NCBI GenBank assembly: GCA_023213395.1
Contig: CM041465.1
Span: 41,795,741 to 41,859,740, forward strand
Length of the DNA: 64,000 nt
Source of the DNA: Cycas panzhihuaensis
Taxonomy: Eukaryota > Plantae > Cycadophyta
Direction of reading: 5' to 3'
A model generated the notes under the pieces. That model did not search any database and was not told the DNA's origin. It saw only the letters and a program-made list of their open reading frames with translations. Position 1 is the stretch's first letter, and each line of letters begins with the position of its first letter. Position numbers and translations under genes: made by a program. Of the stretch, positions 11,831 to 24,844 are shown in pieces.

Positions 11831-14800
11831 TTTGAGACAAATGGTCTTGAAGTAATGACCTTAAGTAGTCTACAACATCTTAAAGTATCCTCGTCATTAT
11901 CATTAATTATCATAATAAAGGTCAGCATAGATAAATTGATGTCCTTACAATTATTAATTGTAGTAATAGGTTGCACACCAACTAAAACTGAGTCAACTAG
12001 ATAAACAAAAAATATGATCCCACCTATAGGACATCAAATATATAGTAAGTAAGCCTAAATTAATTAATCTATTAATGAAAATATCAAAATCTCAAAGTTA
12101 TAGCCTATCTCATAGACTTCTTGCCTATACCATGATGAAATAGGGGATCCCACAATGATGTCTATAATGTCATAGAGATTCTTTACAATACCATGAAGAA
12201 AAAGAGAGGTGTACCATGAAGATTTATATGCTACCAACAATTAAAAACTTTCATAGAAAATTATTAAAAAAGGATATTTTGGATCAAAACTAATCTGTTA
12301 GAAATGATGAGGGTAATAAACTACCCCAATCTAACATTGAACAGACCTCTGATTGAACTCTATTTGGCTGAAATTATGAAATTAGGGTGTAGCCCTACCA
12401 AATCCCTAAAACAACAAAAAAATAAATTTGCAAATAAAATCACATGTTTGACCTACTATATCATAAGCCTGTGTAGTTATCCTATTAATCTGAATCCAAC
12501 AAATCTAGCCAAGCATAATTCTAATAGTCAATTTATCAATTATGAAGCTTGTTAGGTCAAGTAGGTTTCTCCTAACTCTTATAAATAAACATAAAATTGA
12601 AAACCTATTAAGATTTATTTTTTATAAAGGCTAAAACTTGACTTTCGAATCTCTATTTCTCACCCTATTTGTTCTATTAATATCCCAATAATTCCATTAG
12701 TATAACTACTTAATTTATCCCTATAGTGCAAAGTTCCTCTTTATAGACATTGATGCAAGTAATTAATAGACCTATTAATGATTTAAAAGTCACCCATTTT
12801 CTACCCACAGATAACTATCTCTTAGTATACTAGTGTTTACAGTCTACATGATTATCTTAGAATGCTAAATTTAAGTTTGCAATCCTTCTAGCCCTTTTTC
12901 TTGTCAGGTATTACCTAACTCCTTCCTTTTTATACGATTTGACTCAATATAAGCCTTGAGGTAATCTTCTTGATATGTAATTATAATTATAGTTGATTGT
13001 CTCAGTGTTATGACATTATCTTAACCATATAGTTAATGTGTGAGTCCCTCATTGCCACCCAATATTCACCCTTTGTAGACCATAGGTTCTTCTCACTCTC
13101 TTTCAAGCTTCTCATGTGTGTGTAATTTCCTTTAACTAAGACACTTTTGCAACCCATGGCTTATGGTCCTAATAGTTTTATCACATAAAGTTCTCCTTAA
13201 TAATAGACTTTCCTGATCCCCATTGTAGTAGATGACCATTCTTGCTATAATTTCTTCTTTAAAAGCCCCCTTTTCACTTATATCCATATAAAAGCTCTTA
13301 AAGATGGCTCATATAAACTACCTATATTCTCCCTATAGTTTGTTCCTCTTTGTTAGCCTCTTAAGTCTTATGTGTCTTCACTCTATTAAAACTAGTTATA
13401 ATATTTTGGTTCACCTAGTCCCCCATGAGTTGTCTCATTATTATGGTACTTTTCCATATTAAAAAAATTATGTATATATTTACCCATAAAATAAAAAATA
13501 TATAAAACAAAAAATAATAATAATATAAGAAAGTATTATGAATATGTAAAATTATGCATATACCTCTCACCACCTTCTTAGCATCTGAGGTAAGTCATGT
13601 GTCAACTTTGTTCCCACCTACAATTTACATTTTAGGTCAGAATATGTAGGTTATTTAGGACCTTTAGGTATGGTTATTTAGGTCTAATATAGCCTTAATC
13701 ATGATCAAAACTGACTCGACATTTTGGGGACCAAAATACATTATAGAAACTTATTATAATAATGATTTCAAGCTACTTATGGGGTCCATGTTTAACCTAT
13801 CTTTACAATTAGAGTGAGTGCATAAACTTGATCCCTAATGGAATTGGTCGATTCTCACTCTATTTCCTGTATTCATTATGTTGTCTCTAGGCTACTATTA
13901 CATTTTTCCATGGCATTAATCGTCCATGCTAATAATAGTAACCATGGGAACCCTAGCCCTTTTGTTATAGCTTGGACCATCTAAGACATATCTTAATTCA
14001 CTATGGGATCTACTTACCTATAGCAACCAATAATATAATTAATTGTACTACTATCATTGAGGCCTTAAATAATGCATTATAAACTTATTGTAGCCCCATC
14101 ATATTGCTTACCAACTCCTAACTTGTTGTCTACTAAATTCATTACCCCTAGTCACACACTCTCACCAACTAAGCTAGATCATTTTTAGTCTAGTTCTCTA
14201 CAATGTTAGTCTACTATGTCCTATGGGGATATAACATTGAGACATATTAGTTGGTTGCCTTCATCCTTAAATGTTGTTTTCCACAAGTGAGTGATACTCT
14301 TTAGGGTTATTAAGCCCCCTAATAAAACCAGGCCTACAGGCCAGATTTCTTATTACAACCTTCAAGGGGTACTCAATAAAGAGGTTAAACTATATTGATA
14401 ACCCCAGCCTAAACTATCAAGCCCACTAGTGATGTTGGGATAATGTATTAGTTTCCCCCCTTCATTCTGATAAGAGCCCAAACTACCACTCTTGCTCTAA
14501 AATTAGGGTAAAGTACCTTGTAAATTTATAAGTTTGTAAATATTAGATCTAAATGTGGCTTTCTAAAAGGGGTATCAACCCTATAACATGCATAATCTTA
14601 TCCTTTTCTATTTGTGTTATTTCCTTTTAGTCTACTTTCCTTTTAGAAAATAACCAAAATTATAAAAAATAGTATAAAACTATCAAAAATCTAAAAACAT
14701 TATAAAATAAAATTATATACAAAGAAAAAATCATAAATCTAAAAACTTATCTTTGAGATAAACCTAAACAACTCCTCCTTTGAAATATGACCACTAACAA

Positions 14801-14992
14801 GGCTAAACTATGGTAATTATCATTAATCTTTGGGTCTTTATCTCTAGCCATTTGAAACATCCCCTCTTCTACCTAAGTCTTGTGGCTCCTAAACCTAAAT
14901 CTTTAGCTATCATGCCCAACCCTTTCAGGTTACTAAGGTAATCCCTTGGCTATATAAGACTACTTTAGAAATAGCCACTAAAGAGGATAAAC

Positions 14993-17900
14993 TATGGTAT
15001 ACTTGTTTATATTCATCTAGGTTTATTGTAACCACTAGCTCATCTTAGTTTAATTAGGTCACTAGTTAATCCTCCACCCTAGTTAGCACACCTCTAAAGT
15101 TCTTACTAGTGAGACTAAACTAAAGGTAACATTCTCTAAACACCTGTTAAGGAGACTAATCTATGGAAAATTGCATTCCCCTCTCATTCTTTTGGGTTTA
15201 TTATTAATCTAATTGGAGCATTGTTGATAACATTCCCCATCTTACATCTACCATTTAAAGAGGTTTTGCTACCAATGGTGCAAGCATTTCCCATGATTTA
15301 AGAATATTATAAAAACCATAATAACATGTAAGTAAAGGTACATACTTACTCTTTACTTAACATAGCTTAGAGTAGTCAAGATTAGTTATTTAGTGAGCAT
15401 ATACCTTTTTGTGCCAATTGGTTTATTTGATTAGTGTAATTATACCTTGTCGATGACAATTTCAACCATGGTCAATGGCTTTATTATTATTCTTTTGAGC
15501 TTGATGAGCCAAGAATAGCCCCTTGGTACCTCTAAAAGATACATTTTATTCTTCTCTTACTCTATTCACGTCCTTCTCCTTCTCAACCTACTCTAATAGA
15601 CTTATTTTCCTTTGATTTGTTCTATTTTTTATTATTTTCTTCTCATCCCACTAAGTCTATTGCTTATTCCACCTTGTTTTCTATCATACTATATTATTCT
15701 ATGATATACCTAATCAAGTTTTATACAGTAAAGTCAAAAAAAGTAGAGCTTCATAGTATCATGAAGATTCTTTATAATATCGCTTTAAACTTCGTAGTAC
15801 ATCTTTTTGTATTTGTAATTTTTTTTAAAGCCTGATTTCAGTTGCATAATAATGGTTCCTAAATATAGTCTCATTTATTAGCCCATCAAACCATCAATGG
15901 CCCATTGATTTTGATGGAACCATAAGCTAATCAATGCCCACACCCTTTGATTTCTTCCAAATCCATGAGCTTTTACCCATGGTTTCTCCAAAAATAATGG
16001 GATTGAAACCATGGGCCTAGGGCCTTACCCTCATTTATAAATTTATCCCTTTTACCATTGGAGAGGGAGGTCAAGTTGAGAATACATTAAGCTATTGTTA
16101 TGATGTTAAATTACCACCAGACCCCTCAGTTTCACTCAATTCCCTTTATTGGATTCCATTCTTTGCTTTAAGGTTGATTATTATACATGTTGGAGTATTT
16201 ATTAGTTGGAGTTTGTTGTCACTAGCATCCCTTCATCCTTTAGAATAGGGTAATCCCCATATAAATCCAATATTTTCACCCTTGTATTAAGGTTTGATCT
16301 ATTTTATTTTCAAGCATCTCTTTGTATTTTTTATGCCAGTATAGCAATTTGATTTTAGATTGATTTTCCCTTGTATGCTTCACCTTCTTTGAGTGTCGGT
16401 GTCTTACAAATGAAGGGTGGCCTAGTATCTACTTATTTAGTCTCTAAAAGAAGTGGACAAGTTACCATTTATAAAGCATATTCCCTACTTCCCATAAATT
16501 ATTTTATGTGCTTTATAGATTTTACTTATTTGGTAGTTTTTCCATCATTTTCTTTATGATAGTTTGGTGTATATCACTAACTCTTATAAGTGGAGGATCT
16601 CTATATTATTGTTGTAGGTATTGAAGTATGCAAAGCAAATTGGACACTCTCCTCTCTTTTCTCTCTCTCCATCATCTTTCCATCAAGCTTTGGTGTTTGT
16701 TGCACAGTCATTATGCTTTCAAAAAACACCTTTAAAAAGTTGTAATTTATGTTACTATTTAGGCATTTTTTTAGAATTTGAGTTTTTCACTTAAATATTT
16801 TTTCACCATAACTTAATTTGGTAAGTAGAAATGCTACTTTTATTTTTAATAATTTGGTCACTTTGATAAATGTGTTAGCATAACTACTATTGAGTCTTAT
16901 TTAATAGTTTGATGAGCTATAAATAACCCTAAAAAGGTGTAAAACTTGTTATTTAGTATATCATACTAGGTATTTTACATAAGCCCCACTCTAATAGCTT
17001 CATTTACCAAAGTAAAAAGGTAACTAAATCATCATTTCATTTCATAATTTACTTTGGAAAAGATGCATCTTTGGAAAAGGTTATCGACTTGCATGTTTAA
17101 GCATTTTTACTTATTTCCTTTCATCCATACCTATAGGACTTTCTTTTAAAAGAAAAGAGAAAAAAAAGAAAAAGAGCAAAAAGAGAAAGGATTAATTCCT
17201 TTATTTTGGTTACATTTTGCATACTCAATTTACATCCTTCCTTTGTTATGGCATGTGCTTTCTTGGAGGCCTAACAAGGGTAAGCATTGCACCTATTATA
17301 AGTCCTCAAATTTATGGGTGCATTATAATTGAATTAAGTGTATATATTATTTACTCTTCTATTCTCTATTAGGATAGGGTCCTTCTTTCCATCAAAGAGT
17401 GGGGTTAGTTATCTTTCTACCTAAGTTTTATTATTGAATGAGAGAGGTCATCTTGTGCCTTTAGGTGTTGATTCTCTGATCTATATTCTAAGTAGATAGT
17501 TGAAGGATGTTATCTTTGCCATGTATTAATATGTGGGATGTGGATAGTTGAGTAAACTTAATCTCTCCTATTGAGAGTGGTGAGCTCTATTTTATTTCGC
17601 CATCTTAAAGTTTGAGGTTTACTAGAATCAAATGTAGGCATTACTGGGCCACTCTTGAATTCATGTAAGAGTGATCGCCAGTGTTAATGAGTACCCATTG
17701 ACTTATCTAGGAGTAGATCCATCCTATGGTCTTAATTCCTTAAAACCTCTCACTCTGAGTAGTCCCTTCCTTCTCTCTATAGATTTAGTCTATTATTTTT
17801 AGGTTGAGTAGGATTCAGGGGATTAAGATAGATTACTTAGTCTAGGGGCATTCTAGTTATGTAGGATAAGCGCATAATGATGTAGGAGTTATAAGCATTC

Positions 17901-18369
17901 ATGCTTAATTGGCCCCCTTATATTATAAGGGCTTTTATATGTTTTTTGGTCCTCCTAAGAATATCAACTATAGTTTTATTGATCTTATCTCAACTATTTT
18001 TAGTTTGTATTTAGCTCACTTATGTGAGTTTATGTATGTTTACTTTATTTAACTACTTGTATTGCATATTTTACTTTTGTTAATTAGTTACAATTTGTCT
18101 TATATATTTCTTATCATTTTAATCTTCTCTTGACATATCACACATACTTACATGTTGATATTAGCCTAGTTAATCAAGTATCATGACTTCCATCCCTATA
18201 ATTATATATACGAGATGCACGAGTTCCTTCACAAGTGCCATATATTCATGCCCTTCCTCACTCGGGTCCCCCACGCCCTTCTAGCCTACTTTTAGGCCGT
18301 GATTTATATGTCCTCTCCCCTTACTTGTCCACACTCATAAATCTTTTCAATATGAAAATAGGTACCATA
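14993..18369 (+). repeat. Probable ~3.4-kb 3' LTR of the Tat/Ogre-like element
   Basis: Follows the PPT-like motif; termini TATGGTA../..GGTACCATA are inverted and look like C>T-decayed TG...CA; TATA-like TTTATAAAT at ~16035. No partner LTR. Confidence 0.55.
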
Positions 18370-18372
18370 ATA

Positions 18373-18384
18373 GCTCTAATACCA
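18373..18384 (-). promoter_or_regulatory. PBS (tRNA-iMet) directly downstream of the Copia-B left LTR
   Basis: Minus strand TGGTATTAGAGC (11/12 match to TGGTATCAGAGC) abutting the LTR end. Confidence 0.85.
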
Positions 18385-18768
18385 TATTAGAACTTATTTA
18401 GAATCTAAAATTTATATGCATCTATCATAAAACAAAGCTAAACTATAAAAATAGAGTAATAAACATTTAATAAATATAGAACAAAGATGTATGAAAGTTC
18501 ACGGGTGAATTGGTCACCATGTGAGGCTCCAAACTAGTAGAGATTCTGCATAAACAAAGTTTTAATGTATAAATAAATTATGCAAGGCTTAATTTATAAT
18601 ATTCTCACCAAGATTTACAATAACATCATTGGCCAACTTAACGCTATATATGGCAAACTCAATATAATTACATAATATAATTAAATTTATAACAAGGGTT
18701 GCCTATAATCTATAATGTACATATAATAAACATAAATTATATTGAAATATCATTATAATGTTTTAACA
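18385..18768 (-). repeat. Copia-B LTR, left arm (384 bp)
   Basis: Inverted homolog of 32025-32413; preceded on the minus strand by PPT AAGGAAGGA (18769-18777). Confidence 0.92.
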
Positions 18769-19075
18769 TCCTTCCTTAATGGTATCTTTATTTCTTCTAA
18801 TATCGAGGTTGTATCGATACCATTCAAACTTTAATTTACCAGGTTCCTTGGTGAAGATGTATGTATCCTAGTCCTTATTTGGTTAGTAAATGAGACTAAC
18901 TTCTTTGTTCTAGACATGTTCATAGATGAAGTGATAATAGACCTCAATATGCTTGGTTCTAACATAGAAAACTAAATTTTTTATCATCTTTAACACACTT
19001 TAATTGTCACAATAGAGAATAGTAGGTGCATGTTGTTGAATTCCAAGCTTAGCAAGAATCCTTCTGAGCCAAATC

Positions 19076-19517
19076 AATGGGTATCATGTACAATGCTACA
19101 GGATCTAAAAGATTAACAAACATAAGGAAAATAAGACATTGCACACATATACAGCATTTGATAGGTGGAAAACCCCTTTCTTGGGAAGAAAAACCACCTC
19201 CTAATCTAAGAATTTATTGATTTCAGAAACTACACATAAAACCTTGAAAAACATACCCTCTACATACGATAAACTAGCCTTTGAAATAAGCTTTGGACAA
19301 CCCCATAGATTCTCGGAGCCAACTCCTAGAATCTAGGAGAGGGTATTTGTAGCAAGAGAGGTTTGTTGAAATAGGTGGTTGTGCATTTCAACGACCTTCA
19401 TATAATGATCAAATATTAACATATATTAAACCTTTTACATAACTTAAATTCATAATTATACATGTGACATAAAGATAAAGTAACAATAAAATAAAACTAA
19501 CATTAATATTCCTAACA
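19076..19517 (-). repeat. Copia-C 3' LTR
   Basis: Highly similar to 25920-26358. Confidence 0.93.
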
Positions 19518-19569
19518 TCCCCTTTTAATGTTAGATTTTATATAATATAGAAAAAGAAAGTCTTCATCA

Positions 19570-22500
19570 TGTTGATCCCCCTTTGATGGAGACTTCTTTT
19601 ATCTTTAACAAATCTCGCAGGTTTAGAAACTTGACTTCAGTTAAAGACTTGGTAAGTATATTATCAACATGTAGATCTATAAGATAATAAAACAAATACA
19701 TAATATTATCAATAATAAGATTACAAATAAAATATTGATGTAATTCTATATGTTTAGTTCTAGAATGTACAAACAGATTTGTAGCAATAGAAATAGTACC
19801 TTGATTATCAACTTTAAATTCTATAGAAGAGTTAGGAGACAGACCAATTTCATTCAGAAGAGATTTGAGCCAAAGTGCTTTTTTGCTTGCTTCAACGAGT
19901 TCTCGATATTCAGCTTTAGTTGTTGATAAAGCTAGTGCCTATATTTTTTTACTAGACCAAGTGATAGGTGTAGAATCTAGAAAAAATGCATAACCTGATG
20001 TAGACTTATAGTCATTTGTGTCGCCTGCCTAATCTAAATTAGTATATTCTATTAAGGTTAGAGGTTTAGTACAAGAATTATAAGTTAGTCCATAAAAAAT
20101 AGTGTTTTGAAGATATTAAAGTATATATTTAACAGCTTTCCAATGTGATTCATATGGATTTTGTATATAACATAAACATCAAGCAATAACATAAGATATA
20201 TCAGGATGGGTATGAGTTAAATAAATAAGGCTACCAATAAGTTGCCTATATAAGATTGGATCACACAAGGGTGTGGAATAATCAGTAGATAGTTTTACTC
20301 CTGATTGTAACAGATTAGAGATAAGTTTAGCATTTTCCATGTTAAACCATTTGATTATATCCAAAATATATTTTGGTTGGGATATAGTTATTTTTTAATC
20401 ATGCTGATAGATTTGTAATATAAGAAAATAATGTGTAAGACCTAGATCGGTCATTTTGAATTTATTCATTAAAGTAGTTTTTAGGTGATAAATATTATTA
20501 GTTGATGATCTAGTGATGATGATATCATCAACGTATAGGATTAAAATGATAATATTTTCATTTTCATGTTTGAAATAAAGGTTTGGATCACTAATACATC
20601 TAGTGTATCTAATTTGAATTAGATAATCGTGAACTTTTGTGTACCAAGCTCGAGGAGCTTATTTTAATCCATAAATTGATTTCTTTAGTTTAAAAACTAA
20701 ATTAGGATTGTTAATAAAACTAGGTGGTTGAGCCATGTAAATCTCTTCTTTGAGATCACTATTCAAAAAAGTGCTTTTTACATCTATTTGATGGATTTCC
20801 CAACCAAATTTGGTTGCTAGAGCAATAATTATTTTAATCATATTCATTTTTGTAACAAGTGTAAATGTTTCATTATAATCTATGTCATCAATTTAAGAAA
20901 ATCCTTTTGCAACTAGGCAAGTTTTATACTTTTCAACTATGCCTATGTAGTTGTATTTGGTTTTATAAACCCATTTACAATGAACTACATTTTTTCCTAG
21001 TGGGAGTGGTACGAGATCCTAAGTTGAATTTTTGTTTAAAGCATCAAATTTAACTTACATAGCTTCCTACCATACAGGATTATTACTAGCTTGTTTAAAG
21101 GTTTTAGGATCATTGTGGTCTATTATTTTGGCTATTAAAGCATAGTTAGTATGTAATTTTTGAGCACGTGTTTGTCTAGTATCTAAATGATTACCTACAT
21201 CAGATCCAGTGTCAGAAAGTATTTTCTTTTCCCATACGGGTTGTTTATTAGTAACTATTTCTGTAGTTATAGGTTGAGCTGAGGAGCTAGCTTGAGAAGA
21301 AGAATATGTTCCAATTGGTTTAGATAGAGTCCAATTCTAGACTTGTGTAGATAAGGATTCTATAATTTCAAGGTCAACTTGTTTGTCAGATGGGTTAATT
21401 AAATAAGTGTTGGTTAACAGATTTTCAACTGAAAGTTCTACATAAGTAGAGGTTGAAGAAGATCCTTCTTCATCAAATATTACATCACGCAAAATTAAAA
21501 TTTGATGCGTGACTGGATCCAAAAGTCTATAGGCTTTACTTTCTTCACTGTATCCAATGAAAATATATTTTTCACTTTTTGGATCTAGTTTCTTACATTT
21601 TTCTTTAGGAACATATTATCACGTAATACTTCTAAAGATTCATAGATGATTAACTGAGGGTTTTCTTCCAGACACTTTTGTTATGGAGTAACATTTATAA
21701 GCATTTACTAGGTAAGTGGTTTAGAAGATAGTTGGAACAGGTAATTTCTTCTGCCATAACTTTAGATCAAGATTCTTTGCATGTAATATGCAACGAGTCA
21801 TCTCAACAAGAGTGTGATTCTTGCATTCAGTAATATTATTTTATTGAAAAGTGTAGACAATAGAATGCTAAAATTATATTATGTGCTTCTTACAAAAGGA
21901 AGTGAATTTGCCACTTAAGTATTCTTTGGCATTGTCAAATCTAAAGATTTTAATTTTTGAGTTTGATCAATTTTCAACAAGTGTTTTGTATTCAATAAAA
22001 ATGCCAAATACTTGACTACGTATCTTAAGTGTGTACACTGAATATTTTTTTGAATAATCATCAATAAACGTGATAAAATAATGAGATCCAAAATATAAGG
22101 TTACACGAAATAATCTACATATATCATAGTGAACAAATTCAAGTGGAACTTTTGCTTTGAATTGAGTTTTATGTGGAAAAGGATCCATGTGTTGCTTACC
22201 TGTTATACAGGCTTCACAAACACCATAAACAGTATTTAAAGGTGGAAGACCATGAACCATATCATGTTTTTTTAAGTATTGAAGTTTACCATAACTAGTA
22301 TGGCAAAATCATGCATGCCATAGTTTACTGACTAAGTTAGATTTGGCTATAAATGCACTAAAGGTTTTTGTTTTGTTATTTTGTAAACTTGTTAAACTAT
22401 AGAGACCTATACTATGATCAACAGGTCTAGAGGTAATATGTTTGAATTTATTGAATGGTTATTTAATAATAAATTTATCTTTCTAGAATTCGACAACAAG

Positions 22501-23673
22501 GTCTTTAAAGCAGATTTGGTAAACAGAGAGTAGGTTTGGTAGCAAACTAGGTACGTAGAAGATATCCTTTATTGAATCATCTTTTAAAGTAACATCACCT
22601 GATCCTTTTACTTTAAGTTGGGTTCCACTTCCAAAAGAAATCTCTTCTTTAGAGTTAGTTTCAGATTGATAAGTCGATAAATTTTTCTAATGTCCTATCA
22701 TATGATAAGATGCACCAGAGTCAAGGATCCATTGTGGTGGTTGATTAGTTGGAGTAATAAATGCAGAAGTTATTACTATTAGAGAAGGATTATGAGTTTG
22801 TTGTCAGTTTTGTAGTTAGGATTATGAACGATTAATGGTATTATGATTTGAAAAAGACTGATTAAAAGTATTCTGATGTTTAGGTGGACCAGAATACTTA
22901 ATATTATTTTGAGAGTTAGGGGGTGAACCTCTTTGAGGTTTCTAGAGTTTTGGATTACTATTAAAGTTGTTCTGATATTTGTTTTTATTTTGAGGCTTAG
23001 TTTTAGAAAATAAAGCTTGAGAAGTATCTTTCAATATGCCTATTTGAATTAATGTTGTTTGATGTTCTATCAGTTAGTTTGTCAATTGATTAAACATTAT
23101 AGCAGGATTTATGGCTTGTTGTCTAGCAGTTTTGAAAAAATTAAAATGTTTTGGTAATTTGTTTATTACAAGACAAACAAGCGTATCTTCATCTTTAGCA
23201 TATGTGACTATTTGTTTAGTATCACCTACTTTAGTTTTGGTTTTAATACAGTTACCTAGGTCTTTATTGATTAGTTAAATTTTACATAAAAAATCCTCAA
23301 CTTTGAAAAAATCATCATAATTAAGGTCATACAATTGTTGTTCTAAGACAACCAATTGATGTATGTTGATCTTATCATATTTTTCCTTAAGAGTATTCCA
23401 GACAGTGGCTAGATCGTCTGTGTCAGAGAACTATCGATTGATTTCTGGTAAAAGTGATGTCAAGATGGTGACTAGGACTGCATCTGAATTCATCAGATAT
23501 ACCATATAGCTTTATGAAGTTTCATCAGTTGGTTTTTTTAATTCACTTGTTACATATCACTATATCTTTTACTGTTTAAGCTGATGAGATATGTGATTCC
23601 TATAATTTGCATGGTTTGAGCTAGTTAAAACTGGAATTAGAACGCAGGTGGTTGTCCCTGGCATTAGAGCCAT
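19570..23673 (-). pseudogene. gag-pol: Copia-C gag-pol pseudogene
   Basis: Protease WILDSGASYHM (~22700-22733), VCEACITGKQH, FIDDYS, IHQIDVKSTFLN, LYVDD, YRQLIGSLIYL; candidate ATG at 23673. Confidence 0.9.
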
Positions 23674-24359
23674 ATTAGGAATTGTAAGACTGATTAGAGA
23701 TCAGAGGAAATAAGTGTAGGTGAAAAAATAGTCACTTAGAAATGTTACCAAACATCATAATAACATTTTACAAGCATGTTTTAAAAAACTAAAAATCATA
23801 GTTTTATGATTGAATACCTTTCCCCTAAAAAGAATTATATGTTCCCCTTTTCTAAAAAAAAAATAATAGTCCTCTTAACTTATTTAACAAAGTAAGTGTT
23901 TTATTTAAGATTTAAAAAAAAAAACTTTATAATTAGAATATTTAGATCCCCCCCCCCTCCCTCCCCTTTTTTAATTATTTTGAGAGATTAATAAAAGGCT
24001 ATTGATTTACGGTTGTCAATTTATAAGTAATAGTTTGTAAAATAGGTCTTTTACAAAATAATAATGCAGAGAAAAGATAAGATATATAGTCTAAAAGATA
24101 TATTAATTTAAAAAGAAAATTTTATTGATTTGTTTATTAAATCAGCAAGTAAAATGACATAATTAAAATCTATAATTCTAGTGTTGAAAGAGATTAAATA
24201 TCCAAGTATTTAATAGGGGTTATGAAGAGTTTTTATTGATTAAAAAAGAAAATTTAATTACAAAAGATATTAATATATTAAATGGGTATTATGTAATGGG
24301 AAGGTATGTTGGTTTTAATGTTAAAATAGAGGGAGTTTAATAAAATATAAGGAGGAGAT

Positions 24360-24720
24360 TAAAGAAGGGTTAATGTTAACATTAAAGTATAATAATGGAA
24401 GGTTAATGTCAACATGAAAATGAAGTAATAGAGAGATCTAATTTTAACATTAAAAGATGTAGTTAGTGGGGGTACTAAAAGGAGAATTTAATGCATTATA
24501 GTAAGGAGGGGAATTAATTTTACATTAAAATGAGGTAATAAGAGGGGGGACTAATTTTTATAAATCAATTGTAATAGGGAAAATCTTAAAGTATGATAGA
24601 GGGGAGAGGGTTAATTTAAATGTAATAAGAGGAAATTAGTTTATCATTAAGGTGTAAGAGGGGGATGTTTATATTAACATTAAGGTATTGGAGAAGGATT
24701 ATTATGATAAGAGGGGTTTA
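24360..24720. repeat. Imperfect ~33-40-bp tandem repeats in the Copia-C leader
   Basis: Recurrent TTAATxTTAACATTAAA...GTAATAGAG(A/G)GG units. Confidence 0.6.
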
Positions 24721-24787
24721 CTTAAATTATTAAATATAATAAGAAGGGATTTATAAAGTGTAGGGGATGAGGCTAATTCAAATTTAA

Positions 24788-24789
<2 letters not shown>

Positions 24790-24841
<52 letters not shown>
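24790..24841. repeat. (TA)26 microsatellite
   Basis: Direct read. Confidence 0.97.

Positions 24842-24844
<3 letters not shown>

Larger units (their letters stand above)
3522..18369 (+). mobile_element. 3' part of a Tat/Ogre-like Gypsy element (INT tail, long 3' region with antisense ORF, PPT, 3' LTR), interrupted by Copia-A
   Basis: INT tail at 3522-3930, long 3' region, PPT-like GCCACTAAAGAGGATAAAC at 14974-14992, and an LTR with decayed termini TATGGTA...TACCATA. Continuity across 10 kb is inferred. Confidence 0.6.

Noticed and set aside
13442-18369. DNA transposon with terminal inverted repeats
   Set aside because: No TSD (ATTAT vs ATAGC) and no transposase; the termini are better explained as LTR ends. 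Kept as an ambiguous finding.
24360-24720. CRISPR-like repeat-spacer array
   Set aside because: Units are degenerate with no constant repeat or unique spacers, there are no cas genes, and the context is a eukaryotic TE.
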